Shown here: positions 17,509-25,900 of the stretch, piece by piece
Layout: each line of letters opens with the position of its first letter
How positions within the stretch are numbered: the first letter of the stretch is position 1
Assembly (NCBI GenBank): GCA_040222015.1
Contig: JAVJWO010000194.1
Location: 1 to 33,493, forward strand
Reading direction: 5' to 3'
Source of the DNA: Coleofasciculus chthonoplastes F2-STO-03
GTDB taxonomy: Bacteria > Cyanobacteriota > Cyanobacteriia > Cyanobacteriales > Coleofasciculaceae
Length of the DNA stretch: 33,493 nucleotides
The notes under the pieces: model-generated
Database searches by the model: none
Told to the model about the DNA's origin: nothing
Seen by the model: only the letters and a program-made list of their open reading frames with translations
Program-made: the position numbers and the translations under genes

Positions 17509-19029
17509 CTAGAGGTCAAGGTCATGGCTAAGGGGGTGTTTGTTTAGGTTGACATCTCCTCTCCTTAAAAGAGAGAGGATTCTGAGCTGATGTGAAGCGA
17601 CAGCTTGAAAGACTGTCGCTTCACATTTCTCACGATATGATCGTTTCAAATTAGTAAACAGGTCATATCGTTTTGGCAGTGTCAAACTGCCTCTACCCAC
17701 CTTGGCTAGGTTTACCCCTAGCTGTGTGGCTACTTTTCGGATTATGTTGGCTGCACCGTTGCAGTCAGCATTAATTAGCTGACCGTCAGATGTTCTATAC
17801 AACCCGCGTTTCACTCTTGTACCTGATGGTGTCCATCCTTCGGGTTTTTCACCGTATTTCGGTAATGAATCACCATCCAAGAATGATGCTTGACTTGTAT
17901 AAGCTTCCTCGGTCAAGGTCAATACAATCCCATATTCTCCTGCAAGCTGCTTGAGGCGTTCAATTAACCTCCCCGTGGGAATGGGCATGAAGTTTTGGTT
18001 CCCCCGTTTACCCATCTGGGGACTGTTTTTTTGTCCCTCATTCCAGCCAATAACCAGATTACCGATCCCGTCAGCCAAGCATCGGTTAACGATGAATCGT
18101 GCCGCTTTGTTAATGGCATCTCGCACCTTCTTATTTCGCTTGCATTGCACTCGGTCTAAATTGGTATCCCAGTAAAATTCGGACTTGCCATGCTTATACT
18201 TAGTAACCAAGCGGCAATACCCCTGATTCATTGACTTAAGCTTGCGCCCATCAACAATTAGACTTTTCCCTTGGGTTGATACTCCGGTTAACCAATTGGT
18301 GCCACCGTGGTCAAACCCCCAGGCTTGAGAGTAATCCAGATTGGGATTAAACTTAATGAGTTTCTTTCCATCATCTATTACCCAGTCAATCCAAAGTTCA
18401 CCAAGATAAGGGCGAATCGCCACTTCCTTTACCCAATCTGAATCAATGAACTCCGGCAATGGTAACTCAACACCTCGGCTCCGCTCGGTGTTGACGCTGA
18501 GCGGAGTCGAAGCGTCAATCTGAGTGATTAATTCAGGCTTGGATTCTTTACTAATGGATGGGCGAAAACATCCGTCTTTGTAAGTTAAAGCCTGCCTAGG
18601 AAAAGTCACCGCCGCCAAGCAACCTTTTTTTCTGTACTTAGGCAATGATGGACGATTAACATTTCCCTGATAATAGGCGTCAACCAAGCTGTTATAACTC
18701 TTAATTGATTCCCCTACAGACTTCAGCGTTTGCTGTGCAGATTGAGCGGCTAGCGCCTTATAATGTGGATTAAGCTTGAGCTGCCTGTCTAGCTCTGGGT
18801 AAGTCGTGCGACACCTGTAAAGCTTCCAGCCACACCGAAACTCATCGCCGAGCCAATAAAAAGCCAGAGCGTTGGGCTGTTTTTCCCTCCACTGATAATG
18901 ACTCTGCCTGGTGTGATAAATTGCACAATTAATTAGACTATTGGCATTTTGACATTGATCTATCCAGTACGCTTTTTCTTCATCCGTAAACTTAGCTTTA
19001 ATCGGGATAGTTCGATACAGTTTAATCAC
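17509..19029 (-). CDS. tnpB: TnpB RNA-guided endonuclease (IS200/IS605 family)
   Basis: AQSAQQTL, PKYRKKG, RuvC-I GFDHG, IGWNEG, EEAYTSQASFLD and RuvC-III NADCNGAANI. Confidence 0.92.
   Translation of the reverse strand: MIKLYRTIPIKAKFTDEEKAYWIDQCQNANSLINCAIYHTRQSHYQWREKQPNALAFYWLGDEFRCGWKLYRCRTTYPELDRQLKLNPHYKALAAQSAQQTLKSVGESIKSYNSLVDAYYQGNVNRPSLPKYRKKGCLAAVTFPRQALTYKDGCFRPSISKESKPELITQIDASTPLSVNTERSRGVELPLPEFIDSDWVKEVAIRPYLGELWIDWVIDDGKKLIKFNPNLDYSQAWGFDHGGTNWLTGVSTQGKSLIVDGRKLKSMNQGYCRLVTKYKHGKSEFYWDTNLDRVQCKRNKKVRDAINKAARFIVNRCLADGIGNLVIGWNEGQKNSPQMGKRGNQNFMPIPTGRLIERLKQLAGEYGIVLTLTEEAYTSQASFLDGDSLPKYGEKPEGWTPSGTRVKRGLYRTSDGQLINADCNGAANIIRKVATQLGVNLAKVGRGSLTLPKRYDLFTNLKRSYREKCEATVFQAVASHQLRILSLLRRGDVNLNKHPLSHDLDL
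17530..17720 (-). ncRNA. Putative TnpB omegaRNA (reRNA) scaffold plus flanking guide; 5' limit approximate
   Basis: Perfect 13-bp stem TGTGAAGCGACAG/CTGTCGCTTCACA (17591-17625) and the right-end hairpin. TnpB guide RNAs are known to derive from the right end plus the adjacent flank. Confidence 0.55.
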
Positions 19030-19145
19030 CTCCTTTATTGCTTTCTATTGTATATCATTTAGCCAAAAATAACACCCTAAAACGTCAGGTTAAAACCTGA
19101 GCCAAACTTTCATCACCTGGTTAAAACGCAGGGGTTCTCAGTTTC
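17549..19145 (-). mobile_element. tnpB-only (IS1341-like) IS200/IS605 element without tnpA
   Basis: Right end on minus strand GAATCCTCTCTCTTTTAAGGAGAGGAGATGTCAA (hairpin + TCAA, boundary ~17549). Left-end hairpins GAACCCCTGCGTTTTAACCAGGTGATG and TCAGGTTTTAACCTGA at ~19085-19140; left boundary approximate. Confidence 0.75.
18467..18518. repeat. Two back-to-back short hairpin repeats inserted in frame (48 nt) in tnpB
   Basis: TCAA-CACCTCGGCTCCGCTCGGTG-TTGA-CGCTGAGCGGAGTCGAAGCG-TCAA; a related core CTGAGCGAAGTCGAAG lies at 31946-31961. Confidence 0.85.
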
Positions 19146-19360
19146 ATCCATGATAGTACAACCATAGCTAATTATGAGGGATTGAGTCGAATCCTTTGTG
19201 CTGACTACAACAGTCAAGCACGTTATATTAAGTTGTCGTACATTAAATTTACACCTTTTCCCGTAGTAGACGCCGTTTACTCGGTGATTCTCTTGCTTCT
19301 CCTGCTCACCATAGCACCATGGCACGTCTCTACATAGCGTCTCCTGAATCGTAAGCTCTA

Positions 19361-19582
19361 GGGTCTGCTGAATAAGTTTTGTGGTGAGGGGAGGGAACAG
19401 GGAACAGGGAACAGGGAACAGGGAACAGTTTCAACCCCCTGATGGGGGACGATTCTGCTTAAGCATCCTCGAAAAATACCAGGATTTCCAGCTTATGGGT
19501 TTCTTTCGCCTTGCACTTGTTGGATAAAAAAATAGCTTGAAACCCTTATCTGCTCTATCTTCCACACTCATGCAGCAAGCCC
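19361..19582. mobile_element. 222-bp MITE-like element carrying (GGGAACA)x5
   Basis: Ends GGGTCTGCTGAATAAG / CTCATGCAGCAAGCCC (imperfect TIR), TA on both flanks, heptamer run at 19393-19427. Confidence 0.72.
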
Positions 19583-19601
19583 TATCTACTACTCTGAGCC
19601 A

Positions 19602-19976
19602 CTATTCCCGCTTGAGCCGACGTAGTTCCTCTTGCATCGCCTGAACCTGTTGGCGCATGGCGTCAATATCCTGCTCTTCGCCAGCGGTTTGCTCCTCGTC
19701 GTCGGAAATAATTTCAATCCGGCGGGGTTCAGTTCCCGTTTTCTCAGGTTGCGGAGGTTGAGCCGATTGCTGCTGTTGAGCTTGTTGCACCATATCATCA
19801 ACCATCTTGCGAGCTTCTTCAGTGGTCATTTCACCACGAGCAACCAGTTCATCCGCCAGTTTTTGAGCTTGAGTTCGCAGTTCCCCGATTGTTCCCCCAG
19901 CTCTCTCACTAGCATACGAGGCTAAACCAACGCCCAGATAAAACGCTTTTTGAAACAGATTTCCCAAGTCCGGCAT
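19602..19976 (-). CDS. Phasin-like protein
   Basis: KAFYLGVGLAS...ADELVARGEMTTEEARKMVDDM followed by a coiled-coil C-terminus. Confidence 0.75.
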   Translation of the reverse strand: MPDLGNLFQKAFYLGVGLASYASERAGGTIGELRTQAQKLADELVARGEMTTEEARKMVDDMVQQAQQQQSAQPPQPEKTGTEPRRIEIISDDEEQTAGEEQDIDAMRQQVQAMQEELRRLKRE

Positions 19977-20093
19977 AATAACTGATGCTCCTTTAAGTAC
20001 GCAAGAACTCTTTTCTAGGATACGAGTGACGCTGGCAAACTGCCTACTTCTATAGTGTATAGAGAAACATGGGGGGATGGGAAAGGATGCAGC

Positions 20094-20633
20094 TTACGCC
20101 AACAATTCATCCACAGACACAATAAAACCCTGTAAGGCTTTCTGTGTACTCACCTGTTGACCCGATGTAAACATCAACCCCTGATTTTCCGTCATCACCA
20201 TCACCCAGCGACTCTCCGGAAACACCAGCCACACTTCTTCACCCCCCGACTCTAAATACTCCTGGGCTTTGAGCAACACTGTTTCGGCTATATCTGTTGG
20301 CGAAACAATCTCAGCACACAAGGGAAAACTCTGAGGCAATGTAGCTACATTGCCAAACTGCGCCACCAGTTCCGGGGTTAGATATGCCACATCAGGAGAA
20401 CGTCCCTGTTTATTGGTGCGACAAGGCACATCAGTATAAACCTCTCCACCTTGACCACTGGACTTCTTAAAATCGTCCCAGTAGCGACCTAGCCTCAATT
20501 GAATTTTGCCATGTCTGAGTGTCATACCGTTTTTTTCCACCAGTTGACCATTCACCCACTCCATTTTCTCAGGTGGATTCACCATAAAGTCGTCCAGTGA
20601 GAACTTGTCTGGGATAAGAGTTGCTGTTCCCAT
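20094..20633 (-). CDS. Uma2 (DUF820) family PD-(D/E)xK-like protein
   Basis: EWVNGQL, RSPDVAY, LCAEIVSP, YLESGGEEVWLVFP. Confidence 0.9.
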   Translation of the reverse strand: MGTATLIPDKFSLDDFMVNPPEKMEWVNGQLVEKNGMTLRHGKIQLRLGRYWDDFKKSSGQGGEVYTDVPCRTNKQGRSPDVAYLTPELVAQFGNVATLPQSFPLCAEIVSPTDIAETVLLKAQEYLESGGEEVWLVFPESRWVMVMTENQGLMFTSGQQVSTQKALQGFIVSVDELLA

Positions 20634-20831
20634 TGTTATTTCCTCGTCCTGATCACGCTTTGGAGTATTCCCCTATTTTCTACTAATTTATCCAAAAATA
20701 ACAACTCTAATCTGAATAAAATGAGTCTTGAGCCGAGAACTAAAGTTCTGGCTTAAAGCTTCAACCTGTTTTAACGGGTTCAAAGGTTTATTTACTCAGT
20801 AAGCTACATTATTACTTGATAGTTCTAATTT

Positions 20832-22103
20832 CTACTTGGGTTCTCGAATGGAACCCATGAATAAAATTGTTCCCGTTTGATTATCGCGAATTGCACAGAA
20901 AAAGGGACGATCAACCACCATCTCGAAGGGGGTTTGGGGAATAGCCGCAGAGGTGAGAACCATGCCAATAGAAGTCGCTGCTGCGGCTTCTGTGCCTTCT
21001 TCATTCACTTCGACAAAGGTTTTATGTTTGACTTGATTAATTAAGACATCTTCTTCCGTCATATTAGAAAAATCAGCCCGATCATCAAAAGCAACGTCCA
21101 TTCCTAGAGCTTTTAGGGCTTTGTTGAGTTGAATCTCGTACTCCAATTTAAAGCGCGGTAGTACGATTGAGCCATCCCGTTTACCGAACCGATTCATCCA
21201 TTGTTGCCATTTTTCTGGAGTGAGTTGCTGCTCAAATGTATCTAGACTTATATTTTCACGGGGGAGGAAGATATAGAAACTTAGACGTCCTTTACCGTAA
21301 GGTAAGCTGATGGCTTGTACGCTGTCATCTTCATAATATTGATACTCTCCCAATTGAGACATCATCGGGTGTTTTTTCTGAGTCCCATCGACTAAATAAA
21401 AGGGACGCTCTACTGTTTTATCTTTGTCGAATTGCTCCATCCAGTTGCCTTTAAAATAGATGGCATTGATTAAAAAGAGAATATCATTGGGTTGGATTTC
21501 GCTAATAATTTGCGGTATTTTGCCGTTAGTATTTTCCTTAACCCAGTTATTGATGACACGTTTAGCTTCAGGGTTAGCAAAGTCTAGATTGGTTACTTGA
21601 GTATCATAGAATTCCTGATTGCGTCGCAGGAAATCGGGTTTAAATGAAATGTCTTGTTTTGCCCAAAGTGAGTTGGCGATGGAAAGCTGAATATCAGAGT
21701 CGGCGTTTTCTAAGGTAGTTTTTAAGGCTTCATTTGCCTGGTTAACCTCTGACAGACTCATCCCTTGAAGTTCTAGTGCATTTGCCATAGCCGCTTGGGT
21801 TTCACCGCTTGCACCATTGTACGTCATGGCTAGCGCGATCGCGATGCTGGTTGGGGAGATAAAAACGTTATTATTGCTATTTTCCTGAAGAATCTCAGAA
21901 AATAATTTAAATCCAAATTTGGTATTGGCTTCAACGAGTTTGGTATTCACAGACGGGTTGGGTTGCTGTTCGGTTAACTCTGGCTTTTGAGGGTTTGGGG
22001 AGTTTTGGGCATTGATTTTTTGGCTGATTAATCCTGCCATAAATCCGGCAAAAATGATACATGCGGCGATAATCCCAGTGCGACGGAGTGTCTTTTGATT
22101 CAT
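20832..22103 (-). CDS. Serpin with an N-terminal signal/anchor; predicted inhibitory
   Basis: NVFISPTSI, NAIYFKGNW, LPRFK, hinge EEGTEAAAAT, DRPFF and ILFMG. Confidence 0.96.
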   Translation of the reverse strand: MNQKTLRRTGIIAACIIFAGFMAGLISQKINAQNSPNPQKPELTEQQPNPSVNTKLVEANTKFGFKLFSEILQENSNNNVFISPTSIAIALAMTYNGASGETQAAMANALELQGMSLSEVNQANEALKTTLENADSDIQLSIANSLWAKQDISFKPDFLRRNQEFYDTQVTNLDFANPEAKRVINNWVKENTNGKIPQIISEIQPNDILFLINAIYFKGNWMEQFDKDKTVERPFYLVDGTQKKHPMMSQLGEYQYYEDDSVQAISLPYGKGRLSFYIFLPRENISLDTFEQQLTPEKWQQWMNRFGKRDGSIVLPRFKLEYEIQLNKALKALGMDVAFDDRADFSNMTEEDVLINQVKHKTFVEVNEEGTEAAAATSIGMVLTSAAIPQTPFEMVVDRPFFCAIRDNQTGTILFMGSIREPK

Positions 22104-22250
22104 TAGTATACCTCGATAACCCCTGTTCTGTTTAAGGATGACCGATTTGGGTTAGAGGTGTTCCACAGGTTACTGTTTTGGTAACGAATCAGCAGGTGAT
22201 CAGTATGTGTAGGGGCGACCCGCCTAGCAAAATTATACCAAATCTGTCTT

Positions 22251-22369
22251 TATTACCCCTTTTGAAGAGGCGATTGTATTATCCGTTTTTGAGGCGGCGA
22301 TTGTATTACCCCTTTTTGAGGCGGCGATTGAAATCGCTGCTACACAAACAAAGTCCGCCTGCGCGGACT
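22251..22369. repeat. ~27-bp tandem repeat x3 running into a palindromic dispersed repeat
   Basis: TATTACCCCTTTTTGAGGCGGCGATTG-like units at 22251, 22277 and 22304, then GCGATTGAAATCGC and AGTCCGCCTGCGCGGACT hairpins. Confidence 0.8.
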
Positions 22370-22461
22370 TGGTGATAACGGGGGTAGCTAACCCGGATTT
22401 AGTATTAACAATGGGAATCCGCTCAATTTGCTTGGACTGCTCTATATTCTCAACCCTAATG

Positions 22462-22521
22462 TCACAAAGCGATTGCATGGCTGATATTTTTATCCAAGTG
22501 GAACCGAATTGTTTACGCCAT
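22462..22521 (-). pseudogene. Remnant of a DUF5615 (PIN-like) toxin gene
   Basis: ATG GCG TAA ACA ATT CGG TTC CAC TTG GAT AAA AAT ATC... = MA*TIRFHLDKNISHAIAL*. It overlaps the DUF433 3' end and resembles the IRFHLDEN start of DUF5615 toxins. Confidence 0.7.
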
Positions 22522-22825
22522 TTCGATTCCTTAATTTCTGCTGAACTAAAGAAGATGTTTTTGCCTGTAATTGTTGAGCAAAAGCTTTATCCTCTCGAAT
22601 TTGCTGTCTAATTTCTTCTCGATGATCGTGATAATATGCTAAGGCAGCGTACACATCAGCTAAGGTGATAGTTGGATAGTGTGAGATGATTTCATCGGGT
22701 GAAATTCCAATTTGTTCATGCCAGATCACCACATCCTGCACTTTAATCCGATGTCCAGCAATGCGTGGTTTACCGCCACATACACCGGGAGTCATTTCTA
22801 TATGTTCTGATATTACTGATTCCAT
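22490..22825 (-). CDS. DUF433 antitoxin-like protein
   Basis: PGVCGGKPRIAGHRIKV...YPTITLADVYAALAYY; ATG at 22825. Confidence 0.92.
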   Translation of the reverse strand: MESVISEHIEMTPGVCGGKPRIAGHRIKVQDVVIWHEQIGISPDEIISHYPTITLADVYAALAYYHDHREEIRQQIREDKAFAQQLQAKTSSLVQQKLRNRNGVNNSVPLG

Positions 22826-22909
22826 CTGTATTTTCAGCAACAAACAAGGTGCATAGCTTCAAATCGTAGCAAAAACAGAGTCGAGCAGGAGAGTGCGATC
22901 GCGTGACAA

Positions 22910-25900
22910 TTATAACAACGGCTTCAGCGTTTCCGGGTCAGCGATACCGCGTAGGATAGCATTGATGATTGCAGCGTCTTCCCCACCTAACTTCTCACAC
23001 AGTATATTCTCATCTCGCTCACCATTAAATATCCGATTGATAGCAAACACTAAATTACCCCCACCGCGTCTCGCTATTTCTTCTAGCCCAGGTTTTAGTT
23101 CTTTGTTCACTTCCTCTTTATCCACTGTAGCAACTACCTCTGCAATTAACTGCCTATATTTCTCCAACAAATACTGCGTCTCTACTCTTGCTATCGCTTC
23201 CCGTGACAAGTGACGATATTCTTGTGCTTGAGTGGTTTCATTTTGTTTGTCGGCGATATTCGCTAAGATGGTGTATGTTTTCCAAACCTCAGCAGAAGCA
23301 GGGTCTAAAGTTTTGCTAATTGCTAATGCCTCTTCTGCTAATTGATGCGCCTCTTGAAGGCGGTTAGATTGATTTTGTAGTAAATCAGCAAGATTATTCA
23401 GGACAATAAATATATCTTTCTTGCTTCCTAATTTTCTGTAAGTATTAAGTGCCTTACGATACCAAGATTCTGCATTCTCAGTTTTCCCAGCATACTTATT
23501 GAGTATTGCTAGTTGATTCCAAGTATCTGCTGCACCTGCGATATCGCCTTGATTTTCTTTGATTTGTGCTGATTCACGATAAGCTTGTTCAGCTTCATCC
23601 CACTGGTTTAGTGTTTCATAAACTCTACCCAGTTGATGCCAAGCGGCAGCTTCCATTGCTGGTTCATTCAGTTGTCGAAAAGTTTTCACGGCTTGATGAC
23701 AGCGTTGTTCGGCTTCTGGTATTTTCCCTAATAGCAAGGCAACTGTGCGGAGTTGTGCTTCAACTATAGCTATCTGACGAGCATCTTTTTGCTCTTTGGC
23801 AACAGTTAATGCAACTTCATAAGCAATGTGTGCTTGATCGTAACGGTGTATCTGGTAAAAAGCATCTGCCAACTCAGACTGCAAAATCCCTATCTGTCGT
23901 TTTACACCTTCAGATTCTTCTAATTGGTTGGCTACTTCCAATCCTTGGTGATACAGTTTCACCCCTTTTGATGCTTTACCTTGATGCGTTAAGCATCGTC
24001 CCACACGACCTAGTGCTACACAAAGTTCATAGCTAGGATGATCGCCCAATCCTACCACTATCTCACTAAAAACTTGCTCGGCTTGTTGGTATTGACCTTT
24101 CCTATACAATTCTTCACCCAAGTTTATTTTTTTGGGAAGCCATGTTTGAGAACCTACTTGTTCTCCCATCTTTATCGCTACTTGACTTAATGCCTCTCGA
24201 TCACGGTTCAGTCCGAAATGATAGAGGAATTTATTTACACAATCAACAAATTCTGCTGCCCATTCTTCCCCTACATCCAATGCTCCCCGAACCGCATACA
24301 TCAAGTTAGGCAATTCTTTTTGAGTAAGGGTACGGATATGCTGGGGATTCCGTATATCTTTCTGATATAAATAGTCTGATACTTTATAATAACGCTGTCG
24401 ATGACGGGCAAGCAATTTAGCTTGTGCCACTGGTGAAAGTTGTGACCAAAGGGTTAGGCTTAAAGTGGGGTGAAACTTGAGATAAGGTACAGCAAAACCA
24501 GGCATAATTTCTGGCTGAATCAAGCCAGTAGCTTCCAATGCAGGACGTAGCTTTTGCCACTGTTCCTGGGAAAATTCAGCAATAATCACCAAATTAGATT
24601 CCAAAGCCCCACCCTGAAACACCCCCAACCGAGGTAACAACTGCTGCGCCTCATCATCCAACCGTTCCAGCGATAAATTTAACGACGCCAACAAAGGATT
24701 ATCTGGGGTTTGGGCAACCAACGCCTCCAACCGTTCCCCTAATTCTGCCGGACGACGCATTTTCAACTGCCTCGCCAACAACCCAATCGACAAGGGATGA
24801 AAATCGACTAACTTAAACAATCTTTCCAACACTTCCCGTTGCGGCAGGTCAAATTGGGGTGCTGGAGGAAACTCCATCAACTTCTGGAAATATGCCAGCG
24901 CATCTTCTTGTGCTAACCCACCCAATGGTAACGACCGATGTCTCAAACTCCCCTCAGTGGCATAATCAGGATGGTGAAAATCTAGCATCCGAGTCGTCAG
25001 TAACACCCGACAATCCCCCACCTCAGACCAGTCTTTCGCTACATCCAATAACTCTCGCAACGGCTGCGGCTGCAAGCTTTCCAAGTTATCCAAAATCACC
25101 AACGTCGGCGTTTCCTGCAATGCCTGATTTGCCGCCAACTTATCCACCAAACTCTTACCCAACACCGTCGCCAGGGTACTCACCGCCCACCCCACCGCAT
25201 CCACACCCTGAAATGCCGCATAATCGACAAAACACACCCTCTCAAACATTCCAGTGCGGTGCAACCAGCGCCCTGCTTCCTCAACTAAAAAGGTCTTCCC
25301 CTGTCCGCCAAAACCCGATATAGTAATGCGGCGCGTCCCCTGTACAAACCACCGTTCAATCTGCCACAATTCATGACTGCGACCAAAAAATCCCGCTTCC
25401 TGTAATGGGCGGATATTGCTCCAGATTGACCCCTGCCCCCTTCCGTCGCTCTTCAGAGGGGCTGGAGGAGTTAAGTCCCTCAAAAATGGTGTATCCTTCC
25501 CCGCCTGATACAGTGCGGGTAGAAACCAATCCTGTAATTTCAGTGTTATCCGCTTGTCTCCCCGTTGCCGTTCCCCTCGTTCTCGGTTTAAATACAAATC
25601 CCGCCGCGCATTATCCAACGCCTCGCCTATTCCTTCCCCCGATACCAGACGCCGATAAAATGTGGCAAACAACTGACGGGTAGTTCTCACCAATACCGAA
25701 TGCGTCATCGCCAAAACTGCTGGAATCCCCCCATGGGTTAACCTTGCCGCCACACACCCCATCGCATCGTCTTTATCCTCACCCCCCATCGCCGCTGACT
25801 GACAGGCAGATAGGACAATTAACCCTACCTTTTGACGATTGAGCATATCCGCCAAGGTTTCAGCACTAATCAGCGCTTGTTTTCCGTCTTTATCCTCAAA

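Noticed and set aside
17509..19029. Cas12-type CRISPR effector
   Set aside because: No array or cas genes nearby; IS200/IS605 end hairpins indicate a transposon-encoded TnpB.
19113..19325. 70-aa ORF as a tnpA remnant
   Set aside because: No HUH or catalytic Tyr motif and no serine-recombinase motif; it crosses the IS left end and starts in a REP.
22251..22330. Possible mini-CRISPR, or the short ORFs 22178-22375 and 22233-22478
   Set aside because: 27-bp tandem units without spacers; the ORFs simply translate the repeat.
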